This document shows positions 10,000 to 19,933 of a stretch of 20,000 nt of DNA, piece by piece. Both the position numbers and the translations under genes were made by a program. The notes beneath the pieces were generated by a model. That model made no database searches. It saw only the letters and a program-made list of their open reading frames with translations, and had not been told where the DNA came from. Location of the stretch: NCBI RefSeq assembly GCF_000281045.1, contig NW_008246178.1, positions 115,347-135,346 on the forward strand, written 5' to 3'. This stretch comes from Saprolegnia diclina VS20 (lineage: Eukaryota). Numbering within the stretch: position 1 is the stretch's first letter; every line of letters starts with the position of its first letter.

Positions 10000-11544
10000 A
10001 TGGAGGACGTCGACGACGAGGCCATCAGCATCGAGCTCCTCCGCGAGGACAACCTCATGCTCGAGGAGCGCATCGAGGCCATGAGCAAGAAGTGCAGTGC
10101 CATGCAGCAGGCCAAGCTGGAGGCTGAGGCGCGCGCTGCAGCGCTCGATGCGGACCTCGCCGCCCTCCGCAAGGTTGCTGCTGGCCAAGAACAAGTCGAC
10201 CCCAACAGCGCTGCCGACTGGCACGACGAGCGTGCCAAACTTCTCGAAGAGGTTCAAACGCTACTCAAGGTGAAGGAGCTCAACGAGAAGCGCGTCGGCG
10301 ATCTCTCCAAGGACCTGCAACGCCTCTACAAGCGGCTCAAGACGGCCGAGCCAACGACCGGCGACTCGGAATACGTCGAGCCGTTGTTGCAGGACCAAGA
10401 GACGTGGCAGAAGCAGCAGCAGCTCGTGCAGGACCTCCTGCGCCAGTGCAAAGAGAAGGTGTACGCCGAGAAGCACGCGCACAAGCGGCGACGCGTGGAC
10501 CCCGACACCTCGGAGCACGACAAAAGCCTCCAGGAGGTCATTGCGCACTTCAGAACCGAGGCGAGCGAGCGCAACGAGTTTGAGAAGCTCGAGGCGCAAC
10601 TGCTGCAGGAGCGGCTGAGCGAACTGGAGGCGCAGGGTGGTGAGCCGAGGTCGGAGCCCGTGTCGACGGTCGACGTATCCGACCTGGAGACCCAAATCGC
10701 TTCGCTCAACGAAGAGAACAAGAAGGGCAGGCTCTTTGTCTCGGCGCTCCAAGACGACCTGAAGCGGCTCGCGCACGAAAAGCTGCAGCTCGCCAAAGAC
10801 ATGCAGGAGGCGCAGCGGCGCATCCAGGCGCTCACGATGGACAACCTCCAGTTCAAGCTCGAGAAGAACGAACTCAAGCACCAAGTCCAGAGCGAAGTGA
10901 CGAAAAACGCAGCACTGCAAGACCAAGTCGACGACGTCACGCGGCAACTTGCAGAGGCCACCGCGGAGGCAAGCCAGCTCCAAGACCACCTCGTGGCGGC
11001 GCAAACGCAGCTACTCGCTGCGGAGGCCGAGGTCGCAGACTTGCACAAACGACTCCAGGAAGCCACTGCATCCACGAGCACAGCTGCCGCGGCGCGCTAC
11101 GACCTCGAGACGACGCTCGAAGCGGCAGAGAAAGCGCGCGACGAGCTCGCCGAGGCCAAGGGCTTTTGGGAAGACAAAGCTGCCAAGCTGGAGCGGGTCG
11201 TACTCCAGTATGGATCTGAGATCCAGTCGCTCAAGTTGTCGCTGGCCGACGCCGAGGCCGCGGGGCCACCCGAGCACACCCCGGCGTCCGTCGCGCACGG
11301 CCAGTCCATGGTGCAGCAGTTCTATTTGCGCTACTACAAGGCGGCTGAGACGTCGCACCGGTCGCTCCTCGACGCCACGCGGGCCAAAGATGCAGCGCTC
11401 GCAGCACAAGGTGCCGACCTCACGCACATTCGCCACGTACTCTCGTCCATCGTGCACGCTTCGTTGCCAGACGACGTGTCGAGCACGCTCCAAGGGCTGC
11501 TTGCGGGCCTCGAGAGGCCAGAGTTACATACAGAGTCAATGTAG
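10000..11544 (+). CDS. Long coiled-coil protein (514 aa, single exon), function unknown
   Basis: Uninterrupted ORF MEDVDDEAISIELLREDNLMLEERIEAMSKK... rich in E/K/Q/L/A heptads, with a basic NLS-like KHAHKRRR. Stop TAG at 11542-11544. Confidence 0.85.
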   Translation: MEDVDDEAISIELLREDNLMLEERIEAMSKKCSAMQQAKLEAEARAAALDADLAALRKVAAGQEQVDPNSAADWHDERAKLLEEVQTLLKVKELNEKRVGDLSKDLQRLYKRLKTAEPTTGDSEYVEPLLQDQETWQKQQQLVQDLLRQCKEKVYAEKHAHKRRRVDPDTSEHDKSLQEVIAHFRTEASERNEFEKLEAQLLQERLSELEAQGGEPRSEPVSTVDVSDLETQIASLNEENKKGRLFVSALQDDLKRLAHEKLQLAKDMQEAQRRIQALTMDNLQFKLEKNELKHQVQSEVTKNAALQDQVDDVTRQLAEATAEASQLQDHLVAAQTQLLAAEAEVADLHKRLQEATASTSTAAAARYDLETTLEAAEKARDELAEAKGFWEDKAAKLERVVLQYGSEIQSLKLSLADAEAAGPPEHTPASVAHGQSMVQQFYLRYYKAAETSHRSLLDATRAKDAALAAQGADLTHIRHVLSSIVHASLPDDVSSTLQGLLAGLERPELHTESM

Positions 11545-11571
11545 AACCGCATTATTAGTGTCGTAGTGCCT

Positions 11572-14500
11572 TTACAGCATCTTGTCGGTGGAGAGGATGA
11601 TGGCGTCGAGAGACGAGGCCTTGAGCTCACCGTCCATGACGTTGACAGCGGTCGCAGCCCACGGCACGCGCAGCGCGAGGAGCGGCGTCGAGGGCCCGTC
11701 GGACTCGTGCACGTCGGCCAGCATCGGGAGCAGGTCGTGGAGGCCGTAGACGTTGATCCACGTTTTCGCAGCCGCAACACCGGACGTCCGCACAACGTCG
11801 AGGAGCTTGGCGCGCGCCAGCGCATCGATCTGCGCGGAAATGTCGAGGTGTTTTTCCGACTCGTCGGGAAAGAGCAGCTAATGTATTTGGCACGTGTCGA
11901 CTACAACATAGGAAATACCTTGACTTCGTGCATGGCTCGAAAGTAGATGGCAAAAGCCTCGAGCGTCGGCGCGTCAAAGCACTGCGGAAACGCCGTACGC
12001 TGCAATTGGGGAAAGACAGTCTATCCACATTGACTTGAAGCATTGATACTTGCAAGAGAGAGTACGTCAGTCACAAAGGCCTTGGTGCCGAGGCGGCTGT
12101 AGTCGTCCGGATACCACGTCTTCATCGTGCTCGCCATGCGCAACGCCTTCATTGCATCGCCGCGCTCAAACTCGGTGGCGATCAGTTGGTGGAGCTACGC
12201 GTGACGCTGCGTTCGTCATCAATGGGCCAAGCACCGTACCTGGTTCCAGAAATGGACTTGGTGCGCCGCGTCCTCGGTCGTCATCGCATCTGAAAGCACC
12301 TCGCGGCCCTTTCCGGTGCACTGGAAACGCGTCGCCGTCTTGCTCAAGAGGCGCTCGAGGCGCGGGTAGAGCTGCGGCAGAAGCAGCATCGACTCTTCGC
12401 GGAGGAGACCGGTTGCGACCATGTCCATGATCAGTTGGTGCCACTGCGCACTCAGACGCACCTACCATTGACACATTGATACGAATCCCACGTACAACAC
12501 AATGTCTACAAGCAGCGGTAGCGTCGGGAGCCCGTCTTTGGACAGAGCAAAGCGCACGAGTGCGTTGCGGGGGCCCGTGACAGCGACGGCGTCCAAGTGC
12601 GCCTCAATGAAGCGCGACTCGCTCAGTGGATCGTTCATCGCGTGCAGGTCGGCGGCACTTAGCAGCTTGAGAAGGACATCGGAGATGTACAGCGGTGAGA
12701 CGCGCGCCAGCACCACGAGTACCTAAACAGTGTCGTGAGATCAACTTCATGATCGAAGTCGGACCGGGCACGCCTCCAACGACAACGAGAGCTGGTCCAA
12801 GCACAACTGCGACGAGACGTCGACGCTCTGGTAGATGGGCCTACACATCACCAGCTAAGACGGAGAGCATGCCAAGTCTTGTCAACTTGTGGATCCAGTA
12901 GAGAGATCGGACGAGCGTGATGCCGTGCGCCTTGATGAGGTCTTCGCGCGGGAGGAGGTGACGAAGGGCTTGCTGGCGCACAATGGCGTTGACGTCCTCC
13001 AAGCACAGCTGCGGCACGAGGTGGGCGAGCGCTGTTCGCGTCTGGACAGCGCAACATGTCAGCGCCGACTCAAACGCCGTCTATGCCAACGCAGTGAGTG
13101 TACGACAGCGTTTGCTTGATGTACCAGCGTTGTGTCGTCGAGCTTGATGTGCCCAAGCTTCTCGACCGCGTTGGTCATGGTACTGTCCATCGCCAGCGCC
13201 GTGGGCTGACCGACGCCCATTTGCACGACGCGGAGACCGCACTGGAAGAGGCGGAAGGCGTCGTCCGCCGTCTCGAGGCGCATCGACATGGCATGCAAAA
13301 GCTCCGAAAGCGACACGACGCGGTCGACAGCGATGCAGCCGCGCGCTTCGTTCTCCTTGAGCTCCGCCTACAATTCGTCCTAGCTTCAACCTCCTCATGA
13401 AAATGACAAGGTACGTCAATCGAGCCAAGGAGCTCGCGCATGGCATCGTGGTGCTGGCCAAGGAACGCGCCAAAATGAAGGCAGATATCGCGCCAGAAAG
13501 TGTCTGCGGGCTCCGTGCGCAGCCTATTGGCCATTACTAAATGCTCAAAACGAACGACGATACCGGGCGAGGATGACGCAGAAGGTCGACGCGACTTCCT
13601 TGCTCGTTTCGCCCGACATGATGGCGTTCTCGCACCCGAACGACGACGTCTCGAGGCCTGGGAAATGTTAGAATGTGAAGGGGTACGGTACGCACCGAGG
13701 CAGATCCAGAGGGCTTCGGCGAGCGCGCGGCTCGTTTTGAGGTTGCTCGCGACCGTCGGTAATAGCAGCATGGGCAGCCACTGGTACACTTGCAGGTGCC
13801 CGAGGAGAAAGTGGCGGTGCATCACGAGCGCAAGGAGCTCAGTGAAGCGCTCCGTCTCGTAGTACCCGTGCCGAATGGCCTGCGTGACGCTGAAAAAGAC
13901 GTTCTTGCCCAAAGCGGCGCTCGGGACGCGGTCAATGTTGAGGTAGTAGAGCCGACACGCTTCGCGGATGAGGTTGACGACCTCTTGGTCGCGCTGGGAC
14001 CCCGAGACGCCTTGGAGCGGCAACTTTGCGAGCTCCGATCTACGCGAAATGTAATAAAAACGGGCATCTCGAGAAAACATACCGCGCGTAGGGCAAGAGG
14101 AGGTTTGTCCACGCCGCCTCGGCGAAGGCGTGGCTGCTGCGCACGACGACGCACAGAAGCGAGTACTCGTCGGCGTCCAGCGCAAACTGGAGCAATTCGT
14201 CCGACGGACTTTCGAGCAAAACCAGCTCGACCGTCTGCAAGAAGACATCGGGGAGCATGCGTCGGCTGCCCTCCGTCGGCACCCTACCGCAGTGATTGGA
14301 TGGCTAATCTCACGCCTCTCGTACCGCTGAAACGTGCTTAGCGCCGTGCCAAAGACGCGAACGATGGCTGTGACGTGTGCAGCAGCGTCCAGAGCATCGA
14401 CGCGGCTCGTCTTCTGGTTGAGCAGCGCTTCGTACAGCGACTCCCTATACCCAATATCATAAAGAACCTGACGTATGCGCTCTACAGACATGAGCGCGAG

Positions 14501-15433
14501 GCAAAAGGCGACGCGGAGAGGCGTCTGGTCGACGTTACCGACGCGCATGCGCGTCACGAGCACGTCGAGCGCGCTTTTCTGCCCAAGGACGTCGAGGCGC
14601 CAGAGTGGCAGTAGCGCCGTCGCATCGCGCGCCACGCGGGCGAGCGTCGAAGCGACCGACCCGGGCTCGGCCAGTGGCGCCAGCACAAGAACAACGCTTA
14701 GCGCTGCGTCGCGAACACTCGCGTCGGTCGAGATGGACGCGAGGACGTGGACGAGGGCGGTGGTCTGGAGGCAAAGGCCGAGGTCGCCCGTGAATGCGTC
14801 GGCCCAGTCGACGTGTACGCTCAGGATTGCCCACGTGCGCACGAGCTCCTCGAGCGTCTCGAGCGCGTCGACGCGGACGTTGGGAGGCGACGTCTCCGAG
14901 AGCCCAATTGCTTCGAGAGCTGGCACGCCCACATCGATGAGCCACGCGCAGAGCACATTCCTCGCATCTTCCTCGGCGACGAGCGGGTCCAAGAGGGCTG
15001 TGAACTTGACCTTGGTGCGCAGAATCTCAAAGATCTTTTGCGCATGCCGGAAGAGCTCGCTAGAATGACGATGCTATCGACTGGCATTCATGCAAGCGTG
15101 CGTACCGGACGGCGTACATGTCGGTGGACGGGTCGCGGAGGCGGTCGGGCGAGTACGTCGTGAGGGCGATGGCGAGGGCGTGGCGCGTCTCGTGGAGCAT
15201 CTGCGGCACGGCTGCTAGGGCTCAGTACCAGTGGCGACGAGAGGGCGCACGTACTGTCCGGGCCAAAGTTGGCCGCGTAGGCCTTGGCGAGGTCGTACCA
15301 ATGGTCGAAGAGGAGCGCGGAGGCGTCCCTAGCGCAGGTCCTTAGCGACGTGTGGGCGAGACGACTGCTCGTACGACTGCTCGTACGCGGCCGTCGACTG
15401 CAGCTGCGCCTCGATGAGCGCAAACAACGTCAT
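11572..15433 (-). CDS. Large multi-exon alpha-helical (ARM/HEAT-like) protein, uncharacterised
   Basis: Probable start gaaaATG at 15433 (MTLFALIEAQLQSTAAYEQS), followed by a gtacga...ctag intron. Leu/Ala/Val-rich helical blocks alternate frames in ORFs 15088-15423, 13175-14992, 14040-14282, 13059-13316, 12462-12716, 12219-12461 and 11572-11793, as expected for short introns. Stop TAA at 11572. The ARM/HEAT assignment is inferred from composition only, and the full exon chain was not traced. Confidence 0.65.
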
Positions 15434-15743
15434 TTTCAAAATGGCGTTGGACACAAAAGATCATCTTGGGACAAACACGTATCTCCCATTTCCCACCACC
15501 ATGCCTATACTAGATATTGGTATGTGTGTGTCGAAGTGGGAATTTCGCGTGGGATTTGGGAAAAACACAATGGGGCGCAGACCCGCGTTGGACAGGCATG
15601 CCGGCGTCGCACATGCAGGACATGAAGAGCGCTGGACAGGACGATGACGAAGCGATAAGCATGCGCCTCGAGACTTCTCGCCGCGAAAAGAAACGTTTCG
15701 CTGCTTACGACAAGAATACGTCACCCAACTTCAACTTGCGAGG

Positions 15744-16482
15744 ATGAGCCTCCTCGTGCAGATCGTCGCGAGCCTCTCGTCCTTGTACTTGCTGCTGAGT
15801 CCGATCTCGCTCTTGCGCCAGATCTCGGCGGCCAAAACGACGGGCAGCCACGGCGTCGCGCCGCTGCTCTGGACGCACATCGCCTACGTCGTCTGGTATG
15901 CTACGCACCAGTCCACGCACATCATGTGGTGGTAGGCTGATCTACAGCCTCTGCGTCGGCGTCTTCTTCCCGTACATCTCGACCAACATGATCAGCGCGC
16001 CCGTGAGCGTCGTCTACCTGGTGATTTTTTACAAACACAGCCCCGAGAAGACACGGCTGCGTCCAGTGTATGGCGCAACCACCGTTTGCCTTGCCAGCCT
16101 CGCCACCTACGTCGCGCTATCGACCGAGCCGTGGGACGTCGTGACGCGCCACGTCGGCGTCGTCGCCATTGTGTGCGCGGCAGTGATGGTCGCCGCCCCG
16201 CTCTCGGTGCTCCGCGACGTCGTGCGCACGCAAAGCAGCGCGCTCTTGCCGCGCAAGATCATGCTTGCGACGCTCGTGAGTAACGGCGCGTGGATGCTCA
16301 CGGGCCTCCTTCACGCCGACATGATCATCGTCATACCCAACGCGTTCAACCTCGGCCTCGGCCTGCTCCAAATGACGCTCTTCCTCTGGTACCCGTCGTC
16401 ACCCGCCGACGCCGCCGCCACGGACGCGCTCCTGCATTTTGACGCCAAGGACATTGATGCCACTATGGACGTTGTGCATTAG
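15744..16482 (+). CDS. SWEET: SWEET/MtN3-family sugar transporter (232 aa)
   Basis: Exons 15744-15895 and 15936-16482 (40-nt intron). Two MtN3 repeats: LLSPISLLRQISAAKTTG..PLL...WLIYS...FPYISTN and AAPLSVLRDVVRTQSSALLP...AWMLTG...DMIIVIPN. Seven hydrophobic segments. Confidence 0.92.
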
Positions 16483-17248
16483 AGAACACCAATATTGAGT
16501 TTGGCGAGCGCCAAGTCGTCGTCATCGTCGTCGTCTGTCGTCGTGTCGATGCCCTTGTAAGTCGGCGGCGTCCGGTAGTAGACGCAGAGGAAGACCTGGA
16601 AGAGGCCGAGGCCAAGGTTGAGGCCGTTGGGGCCATACACGAACGGGTCGCTGATCATGAGTCCAAACGTAAACCAGAGCGACGCGCAGAGCACGCCGGC
16701 GAGGATGAGGCGTAGCGGCAGCGCGGCCGCAGACTTTTTCTTGACGACCGTACCAACCGCCGCAAGCGGCGAGCCAAACATGAGCGTGCATACGGCGATC
16801 CCGAGGTAGCCAACATGGCCCGCAACGTCCCGGTTGTGGAGAACGTACGCGCCATACGCAGCGTAGACGATCGCGCCGACAACGACGGCGAGCGTCCCCA
16901 CGATCTTCTGCGCAAGCACGCGCCGGTGCGGCCCGCCGTGTGTGTACATGATCGCAAGGTAGTACACGGCGAGCAGCGCATTGATGGCGTTGGTGACGAC
17001 AAGCGGAAACCAGTTGGCCACCAGCACGCCGTAGAGCGTCCTACGCCGCACATCAGCTCTTCGTTCACGGCCCACAGGCGGCAGTACCAGATGCAGCCGT
17101 TGGCAAACATGCACAGGATGGGCAGACTTTCGATGGGCACCTTGGCGCGGACCTTCTCCATGTCCTTGAGCGGACTCATGGTCATGTAGATGGCCGAAGC
17201 CGACGCCAGCAGCTTCACGGTGGTCACGACTGCTGGGTGCGCGAGCAT
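16479..17248 (-). CDS. SWEET: SWEET/MtN3-family sugar transporter (240 aa)
   Basis: Exons 17248-17088 and 17040-16479 (47-nt intron). Motifs MSPLKDMEKV..LPILCMFANGCIW|TLYG..FPLVVTN and MFGSPLAAVGTVVKKKSAAALP..LWFTFG..DPFVYGPNGLNLGLGLFQ. Confidence 0.94.
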
Positions 17249-17267
17249 CGTCCAAAAATGGAGCCAG

Positions 17268-17350
17268 CTGACCGGCTGAATCTGACGTGCGCGAACCGGA
17301 TCACATTCCAACCGGTAAGGTCGCAATCGGTTACGAATTAACCGGTTAAT
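17268..17350. promoter_or_regulatory. Cluster of AACCG/ACCGG sites with a perfect 14-bp palindrome ATTAACCGGTTAAT
   Basis: GACCGG at about 17270, GAACCGG at about 17293, CAACCGGT at about 17309, ATCGGTTA at about 17326, and the palindrome at 17337-17350. All lie within about 100 bp upstream of the SWEET ATG at 17248. Confidence 0.5.
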
Positions 17351-17544
17351 GAATCCAAATCAAAGCGCCCACGCATGCGTTGCCAATGCCTCGAACGCAG
17401 TCGTTCGAGGCTTCATGCGCTGTGAGATCTTCTTATGCCCAAGTACCGGTGGTATCTACAAGCAGCAGCAATAACATGTCCAAGAGGAAACGGATATTAT
17501 CTGCCACCGCCTCCGAGCCCGAGTGCTGCTTTTTGAGCTTCCGC

Positions 17545-17925
17545 ACTTTTCTCCTTCTCGAGAAGCTCCTGCTCAACCCGACGGCCCACATTGCCCTGGA
17601 AGACTATGGCGGCATGTCGCCGCTCGAGCACGCGCTGCGCTGCACTCCTGCGCAGCGAGGCCCACTACCGCGCGACGACACCCCACTATCCGTATGACGA
17701 GCACCTGCGCGCCGAGCTCAACATGGCCGACGCAGCGTTCGGCAAGCGGCTCTTCCGCCAGGCCCTCGGGAGCGACCCGGCTGCCGCGCTGCGGTACCTA
17801 AACCAGTTTGTCAATAGCGATGGCCGGTACAACCTCACATTCAAGGACCTCAACGCGATCTACGGCAAGTACCACATCAAGAGCTCGGTCTTGTACTCGG
17901 TGCTCAACGGCCGCATCCTCGCGTA
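17545..17925 (+). pseudogene. Frameshifted fragment resembling an ankyrin-repeat / TRP-channel-like oomycete protein
   Basis: An ankyrin-like tail (EKLLLNPTAHIALEDYGGMSPLEHAL) shifts frame near 17640-17650, with no GT..AG intron, into a well-biased coding block (LLRSEAHYR...FRQALGSDPAAALRYLNQFVNSDGRYNLTFKDLNAIYGK..SSVLYSVLN) and then loses coding character. The family assignment comes from my recollection of oomycete ankyrin-TRP proteins and is unverified. Confidence 0.45.
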
Positions 17926-18477
17926 CGTGTCCCTGGCATCTCTGTGTGGCTCGGTCATTACAAAGACACGTGTCTTGCCGCCGTCAGTAGTGCGTGTCCA
18001 CGTTGGCCCCAGCAGTCGGCCATGGAGAGCGAAGAAGAGGAAAGGGCTCGGCATGGCGATGGACTCGAGTGCAGCGCGCGACGGCCGGCGCGACCAGCCG
18101 CATGCAAGCTTCGCGCCGAGACACGAGTCGCGCGTCGACGCCCGAGATGTACGTAGAGTATGGCGGCAGTAACGAGCGCGCGACCTGCCGTAGGTCGAAC
18201 GCGGCCGCACCGCTGGTCGTTCTGGACGCGCAAGCGCATGATGCCGTGGCGCTCACGATGCTAGATAACGTGGCGTCGCTCCCAGCGTCGTCGCAGGTCT
18301 TGGGAACTCGTACAAGCGCATCTCACGGAGGCGGTCGCGTGGCCGACGCGCGAGAGGCCGTCGAAAAATTTGGCCAGGGCTCCGCCCTAGGGCCGCATCG
18401 GTGGCTCGTCACGGATGCTGTAGCTGCGCCACGCCTACATCAACGTTGCATGAGCCCGCGGCCCGAGGCCTGCGCAC

Positions 18478-18972
18478 NNNNNNNNNNNNNNNNNNNNNNN
18501 NNNNNNNNNNNNNNNNNNNNNNNNNNNNNNNNNNNNNNNNNNNNNNNNNNNNNNNNNNNNNNNNNNNNNNNNNNNNNNNNNNNNNNNNNNNNNNNNNNNN
18601 NNNNNNNNNNNNNNNNNNNNNNNNNNNNNNNNNNNNNNNNNNNNNNNNNNNNNNNNNNNNNNNNNNNNNNNNNNNNNNNNNNNNNNNNNNNNNNNNNNNN
18701 NNNNNNNNNNNNNNNNNNNNNNNNNNNNNNNNNNNNNNNNNNNNNNNNNNNNNNNNNNNNNNNNNNNNNNNNNNNNNNNNNNNNNNNNNNNNNNNNNNNN
18801 NNNNNNNNNNNNNNNNNNNNNNNNNNNNNNNNNNNNNNNNNNNNNNNNNNNNNNNNNNNNNNNNNNNNNNNNNNNNNNNNNNNNNNNNNNNNNNNNNNNN
18901 NNNNNNNNNNNNNNNNNNNNNNNNNNNNNNNNNNNNNNNNNNNNNNNNNNNNNNNNNNNNNNNNNNNNNNNN
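18478..18972. other. Assembly gap (495 N)
   Basis: Run of N. Confidence 1.
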
Positions 18973-19120
18973 AATTTAAAATCGAGCCAATAGAATCATC
19001 CATTTCAGCTGAGTTTCAAATCGACTTTGACACGGCCCGCAATGCTACCGGGTAGCACGACAGCACCGCCGTTCGGGAGTTAACTTCAGTGACCATGAGC
19101 AATGGTCACGACCGAGAAGT

Positions 19121-19933
19121 ATGGACCCGCTCATTGCCGAGCTCACGGACAAGGCTTGCGTCGCCGACGGCGGCGTCCAGGAGGCCAGCCTTGACGCGCT
19201 GGTTGCGATTCTCACCCGCGTCGGCGCCAAGGTCTCGGCGTGGACAGTGCGCGCAGTGGAAGACGCCCTTCGCAGCATCCTCATCACGGACGACGACCTC
19301 CGGCGTATGCGCGCGGGCAACGGCCTCGCCCTCGCGCTCTCGCTCGGCAGCGCATAGCATGGTGTCTGGATGGTCCAGGAGCTCGTGCAGCCGTCGACGG
19401 AGCTCTGGACGCTTCGCAACTCGGTAGCGCTGGTAGCATCGGGCTTGCTCCGCCTCTCGCCGGTGCCGACGTGGGTTGCCACCACGCTTGCGGCGCCTGT
19501 CGTCCCGACGCTCGTGGTGCTCGCTTGCGATGAGAACTCGCTCGTCAAGTTGGCTTCGCAGTTAAGGTCGACGCGGCACTTGTCTCGGCGCTCGCTGTGG
19601 GCCTCACGGACGCCACCAACAAGGCCGTCAAACACATAGCGATGCGCGTCGTCAAGCGCCTGACCAAAATCGCCGCGAAGCGTGTGCCCGAGCATTTGAA
19701 TCCACTCGGCCGCCGATTTTTGCGCTCATCAAGAGCCCAAAATCAACATCAAGCTCGGTACCAAGCGTGCGCTCTTGTACGTGCTCGAGGTTGCGACGCG
19801 CCCCTAGACCCTCGCGGAGTACCTCGCAAGCGCCGAGCAAGGCAAGCTCCTCGTCGAGTACGCCCGCCGTGTTCCCTCCAATCTCATGCTCAAGCTCAAC
19901 GAAGACGACTGTGACGACGAAGGCGCCAAGTAG
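19121..19933 (+). pseudogene. GCN1: Disrupted C-terminal fragment of GCN1 (HEAT-repeat translational activator)
   Basis: DPLIAELTDKACVADGGVQEASLDALVAILTRVGAKVS...LRSILITDDDLRRMRAG matches the GCN1 C-terminal HEAT pattern. The end, INIKLGTKRALLYVLEV...YARRV...KLNEDDCDDE, resembles the GCN1/ILITYHIA acidic terminus. In-frame TAGs at 19355-19357 and 19805-19807, plus frameshifts near 19560-19600 and 19710-19725. Confidence 0.75.

Noticed and set aside
15358..15387. Short tandem repeat ACGACTGCTCGT x2
   Set aside because: Two 12-bp units at an exon/intron boundary; not an array and not CRISPR-like.
15590..15670. Cluster of CATG/GCATGC words in the divergent promoter upstream of the first SWEET
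   Set aside because: The 4-6 bp words have no consistent flanks or spacing, so I cannot distinguish them from chance.
17994..19055. Long ORFs spanning 18478-18972
   Set aside because: Artefacts of translating through the N gap.
19355..19807. Two in-frame TAG codons in the GCN1-like frame, suggesting stop-codon reassignment or readthrough
   Set aside because: The same fragment also has frameshifts, and TAG serves as a normal terminator elsewhere (11544, 16482). Pseudogene decay is the simpler explanation.
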